Of a stretch of 64,000 bases of DNA, positions 55,483-64,000 are shown piece after piece; the stretch's first letter is position 1, and every line of letters begins with the position of its first letter. The position numbers and the translations under genes were made by a program. Origin of the DNA: Minisyncoccota bacterium (GTDB taxonomy: Bacteria > Patescibacteriota > Minisyncoccia > Phycocordibacterales > JABAAK01); NCBI GenBank assembly GCA_963668425.1, contig OY764332.1:359504-423503 (forward strand). The letters are read 5' to 3'. Below the pieces are notes generated by a model that had not been told where the DNA came from, did not search any database, and worked only from the letters and a program-made list of their open reading frames with translations.

Positions 55483-57672
55483 TTATTCGTTGTGGATTTC
55501 TTTGCGCTTGAGGTAGTGTTTGAGAGTTTTGTGGTTTTGGAGTGTTGGGTCAATTTTTACGATATCTGCCGCTTCTTTTCTGGCAAAGGCGGTGAGTTTT
55601 TGGTTTTTGAGTCCTTCCATGACGAGATCGGGGATGCCGGATTGACGGAGTCCAGCGAGTTCACCACTGCCTCGAGTGTCTAGATCTTTTTGTGCAAGAG
55701 TGAATCCGTTGTGTGTGCTCTCAAAGATTTTGAGTCGATCTAGAGTTTGTTTGTTTTTGCTGTCGGTTATTGCATAACAGTATGATTGGTGATTGCTGCG
55801 GATAACTCTGCCACGGAGCTGGTGGAGTTGGGCAAGTCCGAATCGTTCGGCGTGGAGTATTGTGATAATGGTTGCGTTCGGGATGTTCATTCCTACTTCC
55901 ACAACTGTTGTGCATACAAGGATGTCTATGTCGCCATCACTGAACTGCCCCATTATTTTTTGTTTTTCACCTTGCTTCATTTTGCCGTGTATGCTGTTGA
56001 TAGTGAGATCGGGAAATATGTTTTTTGTGAGATGCTCGTACTCTTCTTCTACCGATCGGAGATTTGATTCTTCGCTTTCTTGTATGCGTGGGCAGAGGAC
56101 GTATGCCTGATGCCCTTTTTTGATTTCTTTGCGGATATAATCATATGCTTTTTGTATATGACCCGTTGAAAGGAGCTTTGTTTTGACTGTTTTTCGCCCC
56201 TTTGGCATTTCTTCAATAATGCTAATGTCCAGATCGCCGTATATAGTGAGTGCGAGTGTGCGAGGTATTGGTGTTGCAGTCATTGAGAGTAGATGTGGAA
56301 TATGGGTGTCTGTGGTGTTTATGAGTTTTTGTCGTTGTGCTACACCAAAGCGATGTTGTTCGTCTATGATGACCAGCGTGAGGCGTTTGAATTGTATATT
56401 TTTTTGTATGATTGCGTGTGTTCCGACAATAATTGCAAGTTCACCAGATGCTATCCATTTCTTCAGCTGTGTTTTTTCTATTTTTGTTGGCTCTTCTGAA
56501 TTTACCTTTGATGGATATTTGAGGCACTCTTTGCCACTAATAAAACCAATTTTTAGTGGGAGATGGTTGAACAGCTGCACAAGGGTGTTGAACTGTTGTT
56601 TTGCTAGTATTTCTGTTGGTGCAAGGTATGCGCATTGGGGCTTGCCACTTGTTCTTTCTTTAGCAGATGCTGTTACCACGCCGTGCATTATTGCTGCTGC
56701 GACCGCTGTTTTTCCTGATCCTACATCACCTTCCAGCAGGCGGGACATTGGTTGATTTCTGTGTATGTCTTTGAGAATTTCAGCTACAACTTTTTTCTGA
56801 TCTTCAGTCGGGGTGAATTCAAAGCGTTTTTGCATGAAAGCATCTGTTTTTTTTGTGTCTATTGATAGATTGTATGCTTGTGATGTAAGGCGGTTGTTTT
56901 TTGTTATCTGTTGTGCAATTTGTAGTGCGAATGTTTGTTCAAAAGAAAATCGCTTTCTTGCTGCCTCGTGTTCGTTTTGTGTCGTTGGTTTATGTATGTA
57001 GATGAGGGCGTTATAGCAGTTGGGGAGACGGAGACGATTGCGTATCTCTTTTGGTATTGGGTCTTCCATTTTCTTAATATCTTCTTCTGCAAGAATTTTC
57101 TCTATGTTGGCGCGAAGCCAGAGTGATGAGATACCCTTTGTTTCTGGATAAATAGCAATACGTTCCCTGCGGAGATCTGTATCTTCGGTGTTATTGCTTG
57201 TGGTTGGTGCACCTTCCTTTTGTCTTGTTGCGTGTTTGATAATTGGGTTTGCAAAGTATGGATTTTTCTCTCCTGTTACTTTACCTGTTATTTCTACCAC
57301 ATCTCCTTCAGTGTGTTGTCTTGCGATGTAGGGTTGGTTGAACCAGACGGCTCGTATTTTTTGTGTGTCTGTGTAGAGAGATGCCTCGGCTATCATGATT
57401 CTTTTTTTCCCACCAGTTCGACGCATGATTATCTTTTCTATGGTGCCTGTGAGTGCAGCTTCCTGCCCCTTTTTGAGTGTTCCATTGAATGTTTCTGCGG
57501 CATCTGTGTAGTGGCTTGGAAAGTGGTAGAGGAGGTCGTGTGTAGTTTCTATGTTTAGTTTTTTAAGTGCACTTATTTGTGTTTTTTTGATAAATGGTAG
57601 GTAGTGAGATATTGGAGATGACTCCTGCATAGTATCATTAGTATACTTTGTGTTTCGCTGTATATTTCTCAC
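55483..57672 (-). CDS. recG: ATP-dependent DNA helicase RecG.
   Basis: N-terminal wedge/OB region. Helicase motifs 'LLEGDVGSGKTAVAAAIM', 'VIIDEQHRFGVAQR', 'QLHQLRGRVIR'. ~730 aa. Confidence 0.85.
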   Translation of the reverse strand: MRNIQRNTKYTNDTMQESSPISHYLPFIKKTQISALKKLNIETTHDLLYHFPSHYTDAAETFNGTLKKGQEAALTGTIEKIIMRRTGGKKRIMIAEASLYTDTQKIRAVWFNQPYIARQHTEGDVVEITGKVTGEKNPYFANPIIKHATRQKEGAPTTSNNTEDTDLRRERIAIYPETKGISSLWLRANIEKILAEEDIKKMEDPIPKEIRNRLRLPNCYNALIYIHKPTTQNEHEAARKRFSFEQTFALQIAQQITKNNRLTSQAYNLSIDTKKTDAFMQKRFEFTPTEDQKKVVAEILKDIHRNQPMSRLLEGDVGSGKTAVAAAIMHGVVTASAKERTSGKPQCAYLAPTEILAKQQFNTLVQLFNHLPLKIGFISGKECLKYPSKVNSEEPTKIEKTQLKKWIASGELAIIVGTHAIIQKNIQFKRLTLVIIDEQHRFGVAQRQKLINTTDTHIPHLLSMTATPIPRTLALTIYGDLDISIIEEMPKGRKTVKTKLLSTGHIQKAYDYIRKEIKKGHQAYVLCPRIQESEESNLRSVEEEYEHLTKNIFPDLTINSIHGKMKQGEKQKIMGQFSDGDIDILVCTTVVEVGMNIPNATIITILHAERFGLAQLHQLRGRVIRSNHQSYCYAITDSKNKQTLDRLKIFESTHNGFTLAQKDLDTRGSGELAGLRQSGIPDLVMEGLKNQKLTAFARKEAADIVKIDPTLQNHKTLKHYLKRKEIHNE

Positions 57673-57834
57673 CTGATGTGGGTGAGTTGCCTTATTGGCT
57701 TGATTATGGTGTAGCTCTGTTGATTATTCAATATATATTGTCAATGGTTGTTTTTATACTGTTTTTAGGTGATACTACTGGTGTATTGACGGTGTTTGCT
57801 AGTTATGTAACGTGTAAAGAAAAGGAGGTGCAAA

Positions 57835-58335
57835 ATGCGTAGTTTTGCTGTTTATGTATGCTCTTTCCTCTTTTTGGCCTTTTTGGCTGGGTGCAGTGGT
57901 ATGAATAACCCTCTTCAATCCACGCCTACCACCACCTCTTCCCGTATTTCTTCTGGAGGAGAAGGTGCTGCTTCTGATGAGGCGGAGGATGAGGGTACTG
58001 TTATTTTCAATGATCATCTTGTTATATCTTCTGGGGGATTGGTGAATCCTATCCCATCACTACTAGAACAGGGTATGGAGAGGGGTGGCACTAATGATGA
58101 CGGTGATATATGGCCTGATGAGGTGCGAAATCCTGTTGATGAGGCACCGGAGCCCGATGCGATTGAAGATAGCAGTGGCGGTATTAATCCTGATGATGTG
58201 GTTGAGGATTCTGATGATGATGATGGTTTAATTCCTGAAGTCATTAATGATGCCTCTTCGGATGATGATCAACCAGGTGAGCCCGATGAAGTTATTGAAG
58301 ATGACGGGGAAATTTGGGGTGAAGTTGTTGATTGA
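57835..58335 (+). CDS. Acidic lipoprotein (lipobox LAGC), D/E-rich, no recognised domain.
   Basis: 'MRSFAVYVCSFLFLAFLAGCSG' is a signal peptidase II-type signal. The rest is Asp/Glu/Pro-rich. Confidence 0.5.
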   Translation: MRSFAVYVCSFLFLAFLAGCSGMNNPLQSTPTTTSSRISSGGEGAASDEAEDEGTVIFNDHLVISSGGLVNPIPSLLEQGMERGGTNDDGDIWPDEVRNPVDEAPEPDAIEDSSGGINPDDVVEDSDDDDGLIPEVINDASSDDDQPGEPDEVIEDDGEIWGEVVD

Positions 58336-58347
58336 GGGGGATATTAT

Positions 58348-58515
58348 ATGTATCAGAAAAGAAGTCGGTCAAAAAGAAGGGTATTTTTTCGCTCTACTTC
58401 TGTGACGCACTTGAAGCGATGCAGAGAGCATTGTGATGATGATACTTGCGCTTGTTACGTCCGAGATCGGAAAGGTAACCGTCATAGATCACGGCAACGG
58501 AAGCGTTTACGGTAG
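58348..58515 (+). CDS. Unlisted small ORF: a 55-aa extremely basic protein with four Cys (C-x3-C-x4-C-x-C): MYQKRSRSKRRVFFRSTSVTHLKRCREHCDDDTCACYVRDRKGNRHRSRQRKRLR.
   Basis: Strong SD GAGGGGG 7 nt upstream of the ATG. Followed by a terminator hairpin (AATGCCGGTTGTG-TTTTA-CACAGCCGGCATT + T-rich) at ~58528-58567. Below the 60-aa cutoff of the ORF track. Confidence 0.45.
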   Translation: MYQKRSRSKRRVFFRSTSVTHLKRCREHCDDDTCACYVRDRKGNRHRSRQRKRLR

Positions 58516-58557
58516 ATAATCACATATAATGCCGGTTGTGTTTTACACAGCCGGCAT

Positions 58558-58818
58558 TTATTGATTTAGAACACGGATGGTTTGTGAGTTGTTGAGTATG
58601 TTTTCACTTGGTTTTTTGTTACTACTGTATGTAACCATTGAGCTGATGCTAATGAATATGAGGGCGATCATCAGAAGTCCGATGGTTGTCGTCTGTAGTG
58701 GTGTTAATCGTTTTCTGCTTGCTACAATTTTGCTTGATGCATCTTTTTTAACTATGTTTATTTTTTCGTTCATACACTTCTGTACCTTTTTGTATATATG
58801 TAGTATATAGTCATACAT
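58558..58818 (-). CDS. Hypothetical small membrane protein (single TM 'IGLLMIALIFISISSMV').
   Basis: ORF only; no family recognised. Confidence 0.3.
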   Translation of the reverse strand: MYDYILHIYKKVQKCMNEKINIVKKDASSKIVASRKRLTPLQTTTIGLLMIALIFISISSMVTYSSNKKPSENILNNSQTIRVLNQ

Positions 58819-58879
58819 TTTTTTTTACGATAGTAATCCACAATGGTATTATGGTGTTGTTTTATCTCCCTGTTTATTT

Positions 58880-60754
58880 ATGTTAAACAAAGAACAAGAA
58901 GAGGCGGTGCAAAAAAATGATTGTTCTCTTTTGATTGTTGCGGGCGCGGGTACTGGGAAGACGCGAGTGTTAGTTGAGAAGGTTGTGTATTTATTGCAGA
59001 GCTCTGTTGCGGCTCATCGTATCCTTGCACTCACCTTTACCAACAAGGCAGCGGATGAGATGCTTTCTCGGGTGCGTGAGAGATGTCCATCTGTACAACT
59101 TCCTTTTGTGGGTACCTTTCACTCGGCTTGTGTAACTCTCTTGCGGGAGTTTTATGTTGATGCCGCAGTTCCTGAGAGATTTGTTATTTTTGATCGCGAT
59201 GTTTGTCGGCGGATTCTGAGGCGATGTATGAAGCAGGTTGGTATTACTGCTATAACACCGCGAGTTATGCAGCATGCTGTTGGTAAGTTGAAGACCGGTC
59301 TTGCATCTGGAGAGGCGGATGATCTTATTGTTGCTGCGGAACAGGTTTTGCCGTTGTATGCGCGTGCTCTAGAGCAGGAGCATGCACTTGATTTTGATGA
59401 TTTGTTGCTAAAGGTGATTGCACTGTTGCAGCGTAGTGCTTCTGTGCGGGAGCGGGTGCAGTCCCGCTATGCATACATTTTAGTTGATGAATTTCAGGAT
59501 ACCGATGGTATACAGAGCCGTCTCATTTCTCTTTTGAAGGGTGAACAAACATTTGTTATTGCGGTCGGAGATACTGATCAGACCATTTATTCGTGGCGTG
59601 GTGCTAGTATTCATACCATGCTTTCTTTTGCTGAGCGGTATGATCCGGTTTCTACTATTTTTCTTACGCAGAATTATCGTTCAAGCGGCAGAATACTTGC
59701 TGCTGCTAATGCTGTTATTGCACAGAATGTATTTCGTCAGGATAAGGATCTTGTCGCCACTCGTGCTGAAGGAGATCGAATTGGCCTGTTAATTTCTGAT
59801 GATGGAGAGAGTGAGGCAATGACCATTGCACAAACCATTGTTGATTTGCGCGCGCGCGGTGTCTCGTACAGTGATATTGCCATCTTGTTCCGTGCTAATT
59901 TTCAGGCGCGTGTACTTGAGTCGCAGATGCTTGCGGAGCGGATACCTTATATTGTCCTCGGCACTCGTTTTTTTGAGCGTTCGGAGGTGAAGGATTTACT
60001 TGCGTATCTTGAATTGGTGCAGAATCCGAATTCTCGTGAGGCATTTACTCGCGCTGCTAGTGTGCCACGGCGTGGTATTGGCGCACGCACGCTTGAGCGG
60101 ATTTTTGCTGGTCAGGAGCATTTACTTTCTGCGGCGGCTGCCTTAAAAGTCGCAGAATTACGTTCTTGTATTGTTCGCATTGCTGCTCTTGCAGAGACAC
60201 AACCTGCCGTTGCGCTATTGCAGGAGTTGCTGGTTGTGCTTGAGTACCCGAAGTATCTTGCCGGTGCGTATGATAATCCTGATGAGCGGATGCAAGAAGT
60301 TGGGGAGTTACTCTCTTTTGCTGACCGTTTTTCGCACCTTTCTGGCATTGTTGGTATTTCGCAGATGCTTGCTGAAGTCGCGTTGAGTAGTGAGCAGGAT
60401 TCTTTGCGTGCTAACACAAAGGATAGTGTTCGGCTCATGACGATACATGCGGCAAAAGGGCTTGAGTTTCCATGTGTGTTTATTGCCGGTATGGAAGAAG
60501 GATTGTTTCCGTTTTTTCATGATGAGGATGGCGTGCGTGATGGGGAAGAGGAGCGGCGATTGTGCTATGTTGCGATGACACGGGCAAGAGATAGATTGTA
60601 TTGCTCGTATGCGCAACGGCGCAACATATTTGGTTCATGGCGCAGTATGCGGCCATCTTCGTTTCTTTCTGATATTCCTGAATACTTGATTGCTGATGTT
60701 GGTGATGTTTCAGGGTGTGATGGTGTGGAGGAGGAGGATGCTATTGCATGGTAG
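58880..60754 (+). CDS. UvrD/PcrA/Rep-family superfamily 1 DNA helicase.
   Basis: 'LIVAGAGTGKTRVLVEKVVYLL' (Walker A), 'ALTFTNKAADEM', 'ILVDEFQDTD', 'TIHAAKGLEFPCVFIAG', 'YVAMTRARDRL'. Confidence 0.85.
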   Translation: MLNKEQEEAVQKNDCSLLIVAGAGTGKTRVLVEKVVYLLQSSVAAHRILALTFTNKAADEMLSRVRERCPSVQLPFVGTFHSACVTLLREFYVDAAVPERFVIFDRDVCRRILRRCMKQVGITAITPRVMQHAVGKLKTGLASGEADDLIVAAEQVLPLYARALEQEHALDFDDLLLKVIALLQRSASVRERVQSRYAYILVDEFQDTDGIQSRLISLLKGEQTFVIAVGDTDQTIYSWRGASIHTMLSFAERYDPVSTIFLTQNYRSSGRILAAANAVIAQNVFRQDKDLVATRAEGDRIGLLISDDGESEAMTIAQTIVDLRARGVSYSDIAILFRANFQARVLESQMLAERIPYIVLGTRFFERSEVKDLLAYLELVQNPNSREAFTRAASVPRRGIGARTLERIFAGQEHLLSAAAALKVAELRSCIVRIAALAETQPAVALLQELLVVLEYPKYLAGAYDNPDERMQEVGELLSFADRFSHLSGIVGISQMLAEVALSSEQDSLRANTKDSVRLMTIHAAKGLEFPCVFIAGMEEGLFPFFHDEDGVRDGEEERRLCYVAMTRARDRLYCSYAQRRNIFGSWRSMRPSSFLSDIPEYLIADVGDVSGCDGVEEEDAIAW

Positions 60755-60846
60755 GTTTGGCATTTACCTCTTGTGTGTTGTTGGGCCGTTTGGTAGGCAG
60801 ATTTTTCTTTTTTGGTATATGTGGTAGTGTTGTGTAAAATAGGGGT

Positions 60847-61620
60847 ATGAGGAGAAAACTTGGTCAGTATTTTTTGCGATCGCGCGAAGCGTTGCGAGCA
60901 GTTGTGGGAGCATTGGATATTTCGCAGGATATGTTGGTTGTTGAGGTTGGTCCGGGGAAGGGGGCGTTGACCGAGCATATTCTTGAGGGGTATGATTTTG
61001 TGGTTGCGATTGAGCGGGATCCTGCTCTCGTGGAAGTATTGCAGAGGCGTTTTTCTGATGCCATCTCTGAGGGACGATTGGTGCTTGTTGCCGGAGATGT
61101 ACGTGATGGTGAGTGGTTAGGAGTGGTGGGGGACAGGTCGTATGCTGTTATTGCGAATATTCCGTACTATCTTACTGGTTCGCTTATACGGGACTTGCTA
61201 ACCGGCGGACATGCGCCGACTGCGATGTCGCTTGTATTGCAGAAGGAGGTTGCGGAACGAATCACCAGACGGAACAGTGATAAGGAGTCATTGTTATCGC
61301 TTTCAGTGCAGTTGTTTGGCACTGCAACATACGTTCGGACTATTTTACGATCGGCATTTTCTCCGCAGCCACAGGTTGATTCGGCAATTATTGCTATTAC
61401 TGGTATACAGCAACCACCTCGGTATATTCAGGATACTTTTTTTAGCATTATTAAGATTGCGTTTCAGGAGAAGCGGAAGACCGTTTTGAAAAAGTTCAGA
61501 TATATTCCGGGTGTTCAGGACAAACTTTTGCAAAGTGGTGTTTCTCGCACTGAGCGTGCAGAAGACATTCCTTTTGATGTGTGGTTTGCTGTAGCTCGAT
61601 CTATTGTAGGTGATAGTTAG
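60847..61620 (+). CDS. rsmA: 16S rRNA (adenine1518/1519-N6)-dimethyltransferase.
   Basis: 'KLGQYFLRSREALRAVV...VVEVGPGKGALTEHIL...ANIPYY' are KsgA/Dim1 signatures. Confidence 0.85.
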   Translation: MRRKLGQYFLRSREALRAVVGALDISQDMLVVEVGPGKGALTEHILEGYDFVVAIERDPALVEVLQRRFSDAISEGRLVLVAGDVRDGEWLGVVGDRSYAVIANIPYYLTGSLIRDLLTGGHAPTAMSLVLQKEVAERITRRNSDKESLLSLSVQLFGTATYVRTILRSAFSPQPQVDSAIIAITGIQQPPRYIQDTFFSIIKIAFQEKRKTVLKKFRYIPGVQDKLLQSGVSRTERAEDIPFDVWFAVARSIVGDS

Positions 61621-62006
61621 AGTCCAAAGGCGGTGCCGTAGAAAATGCTCATTCTGCCAGTGAGCGTTACTGGTGGGATTGTTGGTGTGGTGCAATCAAT
61701 AAACGCGCCGATGAGTCCAAGTGTTGTGACTCCGAGGATTGGTGGCAGGTAGTTTCTTCTCATACGTTGGCTCGGGTAGAGGTAGACGATGGGTGTGGGA
61801 TTATTTACTTTCAGTGTCCAGAATCCGGGACCCATTGATGAGATACATGGTGTGGAAAATGCTATTGTTCCACCTTCGGGGCTTGTGAAAAAGGCGCCTG
61901 TTATTGGGGATGTGATAACGCTGATACCTATTGTTAGTGGTACCAGCACTTTTACAATGTTTTTTGATACATTTTTATAATTCATAGTTATTGGGTATGG
62001 TAGCAT
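61617..62006 (-). CDS. Hypothetical small membrane protein (2-3 TM). Start uncertain: the listed 62135 start is a GTG that would overlap the divergent gene.
   Basis: 'IVKVLVPLTIGISVITSPITGAFF' and 'LPPILGVTTLGLIGAFIDC' helices. Overlaps the rsmA stop by 4 nt. Confidence 0.3.
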   Translation of the reverse strand: MLPYPITMNYKNVSKNIVKVLVPLTIGISVITSPITGAFFTSPEGGTIAFSTPCISSMGPGFWTLKVNNPTPIVYLYPSQRMRRNYLPPILGVTTLGLIGAFIDCTTPTIPPVTLTGRMSIFYGTAFGL

Positions 62007-62013
62007 ACCATTA

Positions 62014-62883
62014 GTGAAGCGAGTTTTTTTACTTATAATTGGTGTATTTTTTGTGTTGTTGCTTTTGGTTTCCTTGTTGCTGGTTTTTCGTTCTGGTGAT
62101 GGTGATGAGCCAATTGTTTTTCTTGAAACACACACTGCGTTTTCTGGTACGACAGACAGCGATGGCGACGGTGTTCCTAACTGGCTTGAGGAAGTTACTG
62201 ATTCTGATGCGTTGAATGCGGAATCTTTTCCCTATGACAAGGATGTTGTTCGGGCGAAGAAGAGTACCGCTAATGCACTACTGTATGATGGTCCAGGTGA
62301 TTTTACTGAGGAGATTATTCAGCGATTTCTTTTTGATGTTGATGGGTCTGCCTCTGTTACCGAGGAGGAGCGTCGTCAATTTGCTGATGAATCGGCCGCT
62401 TATTTTTTACGTGCTGTTGAGAAAAGGGGTTTGCCTGATGTTGTTTTGTCTGTTGATGATACTGTTTCTCGCTCGGTGGTTTTGAATCGTTTTGTCTTAT
62501 CTATACGACGGTTTTCTGATGCGAAGAAGCCAATTGACGTTTTTGTTTTTGATGTTTTTTCAAAAGATGCCTCAGCGATTGAGTATGCTCGTCAGGCGCG
62601 CGTGTCTTGTGATTATGCCTTACAAACACTGCCAAGAGAGGTGCCGCAAGATGTGTATACGCCGTACCGTCTTGTGCTTGAGCGAGTTACTTATTTGTGT
62701 GAGTCCTTATCTATTGCCCTTACTTCTGCCACCGCTGAGAACTTCTTTTATGTTTTGCGACTGCTGAGTGCTGGTTTGTTGTTTGAAAATCTTGATTCAA
62801 GTCAGGTTTCTCAGCCCTCTGATGACCGCTCCAATGAATTTGCTCTTGCGGTTGATCAGGTTATTCGGCTGTTGCAGGAGTGA
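62014..62883 (+). CDS. Hypothetical membrane-anchored protein (N-terminal TM, acidic extracytoplasmic domain). GTG start.
   Basis: 'VFLLIIGVFFVLLLLVSLLLVF' helix. No family recognised. Confidence 0.35.
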   Translation: MKRVFLLIIGVFFVLLLLVSLLLVFRSGDGDEPIVFLETHTAFSGTTDSDGDGVPNWLEEVTDSDALNAESFPYDKDVVRAKKSTANALLYDGPGDFTEEIIQRFLFDVDGSASVTEEERRQFADESAAYFLRAVEKRGLPDVVLSVDDTVSRSVVLNRFVLSIRRFSDAKKPIDVFVFDVFSKDASAIEYARQARVSCDYALQTLPREVPQDVYTPYRLVLERVTYLCESLSIALTSATAENFFYVLRLLSAGLLFENLDSSQVSQPSDDRSNEFALAVDQVIRLLQE

Positions 62884-62921
62884 TGGTCGTAAATACACGA
62901 AAACCTTGGTTATACTAAAGG

Positions 62922-64000
62922 TATGTTTTCGTCTGACACTCAGCGTGGAGGTTTTGCTACTATTGTTATTATCGGCGGCACTGTTGTTGCGGCTGCACTC
63001 GGGGGAGTGTTTTATTTTTTGCGCAGTGAGCCAGTTGAAATTGATACTATTGTAACAGAAGAATCTGTTGCTGTTATTGGTGATGGTTCTGAGTTATCTG
63101 TTGATGCGGAGCGTGTTTTGCTTAGAGGTTTGCCGCGTGGGCGTGGCTCTAACTACTGTTCATTGCTTGGACTTGATCGGGATTCTTGTGCAGATGGTGC
63201 TGCGCGTGCATGTCGGGATTTGTTCGGTGCTTGTAGTGTTGATTTACGTAATGATGTGCCTGAGGTCCAACAACATCTTGCTGAGGCGTGCTTGGTCTTA
63301 GGGGACCCGGATGGGCAATCTATGTATTTTGCGTGGCTTGATAGTGATGATCCCAGCCCATTCCCGCTGTACTATGCTATTTTTGGCTTATCTTCGGACA
63401 CCTTTAGTCAGAAGAAGATTTCTGATGCGTACCAGGCACTATTGGATTCGTATTTTTCCACTTCATCTTGTGATAATCGTGATGCTGCTCGTCTTTTGAC
63501 CGAGGGGTATCTTGTACTTTCTGATTCTGAGGGGCGGGATATGTATGATGAATGGTTTGATGATGGTGCCAACAATCCATTTCCGCTTTATTGTGCATCT
63601 CTTGGGTTGCGTAGAGATGCTTTTGCTCGGGATGAAGTCACTGTTGCTTATAGAGAGATCTTGGATCGATATTTTGCTGGGTATTATGGTAGTAATACAG
63701 AGATTTTGCGATTGGCAACGGAGGCATATACGGTGTTACATACGTCGCCATCTTTTTCTACTTGTAGTGAAGCTCTTGATGATGGTTTGCTAACTGTTTT
63801 TTCTAACCCCTCTTTTAACCTTCCTTCTGGTGATTTAGATAATCTTCTTTCTCCTCTCAACCTTTCTTCTGGCGATCTCGGCACTCTGCTTGGCAATCTC
63901 AACCTTCCTCCTAGTGACCTCGGTACTCTACTTGGCAATCTCAACCTTCCTCCTAGTGACCTCGGTACTCTACTTGGCAATCTCAACCTTCCTCCTAGTG
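62922..64000 (+). CDS. 3'-truncated hypothetical membrane-anchored protein with three degenerate J-domain-like segments (no HPD motif), followed by at least 3 tandem 14-aa repeats (DLGTLLGNLNLPPS) that run off the window.
   Basis: Not in the ORF track because it has no stop within the window. The frame is open from the ATG at 62922 to nt 64000. 'LYYAIFGLSSDTFSQKKISDAYQALL' and 'LTEGYLVLSDSEGRDMYDEWF' resemble J-domain helix II and helix IV (DYYEILGV.., ..AYEVLSDPEKRAIYDQ). 42-bp DNA repeats at ~63870-64000. Confidence 0.5.

Noticed and set aside
58348-58515. Calling the 55-aa basic ORF ribosomal protein L34
   Set aside because: Only the termini (M.YQ...KRSR and ...RKRL) resemble L34. The 4-Cys/DDD core has no L34 counterpart, and the gene is not next to rnpA.
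62768-63793. Four consecutive +strand frame-2 ORFs (Leu/Cys/Val-rich)
   Set aside because: They are off-frame translations of the real gene, which is open in frame 0 from 62922 to the window end and encodes sensible domain-like sequence.
63684-63986. 100-aa minus-strand ORF 'MRLPSRVPRSLGGRLRLPSRVPRS...'
   Set aside because: It is the reverse-frame echo of the 42-bp coding tandem repeats at the 3' end of the J-like protein gene.

Overview
This 64-kb window is mostly housekeeping genes from a small, streamlined bacterial genome. It has the composition and gene style often seen in Patescibacteria/CPR-like lineages: many basic N-terminal extensions on conserved proteins, a eukaryote-like class Ia RNR, and many orphan membrane proteins. 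That taxonomic guess is an inference and is untested.

All feature coordinates below were read by hand from the printed sequence, so starts and ends may be off by a base or two.

The recognisable core genes are:
- tsaE, polA, holA-like, ruvA, a CapA-family protein, rpsT, a standalone tRNA-binding domain, metG, clpP, hup, sodA and an RluA-family pseudouridine synthase.
- rpsF, ssb, rpsR, efp, recA, ftsK, a LivJ-like binding protein, uvrA, tuf, recG, a UvrD/PcrA helicase and rsmA/ksgA.
- An S10/spc ribosomal-protein block (rpsJ through rplE). It is interrupted by a gene on the opposite strand and then stops after rplE, where nrdB and nrdA follow.
- Three tRNAs: Lys-UUU, Ser-UGA and Val-UAC.

The parts worth a second look are:
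1. A roughly 3.4-kb A-rich islet at about 34.5-37.9 kb. Its ~1.2-kb left part, carrying three small genes, is bounded by two direct repeats of about 130-150 bp. An 18-bp perfect palindrome sits between the divergent gene starts there. The right part carries a membrane protein and a DNA methyltransferase fused to an HNH nuclease. This is a candidate acquired defence or toxin-antitoxin-like module.
2. A gene of unknown family (TTG start, strong SD, own terminator) inserted on the opposite strand between rplP and rpmC.
3. A giant surface protein with a 7-blade FG-GAP propeller, eight copies of a 4-Cys repeat I do not recognise, and a thrombospondin-type-1-like module.
4. A duplicated tRNA-Ser 3' fragment with hairpin repeats that looks like an att site.
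5. An 84-bp tandem duplication covering the 5' end of tRNA-Lys.
6. A 55-aa very basic 4-Cys ORF with a strong SD that the ORF track missed.
7. A 3'-truncated protein with degenerate J-domain-like repeats lacking the HPD motif, plus 14-aa tandem repeats.

I found no CRISPR array. Several long ORFs on the minus strand are antisense artefacts of coding repeats.
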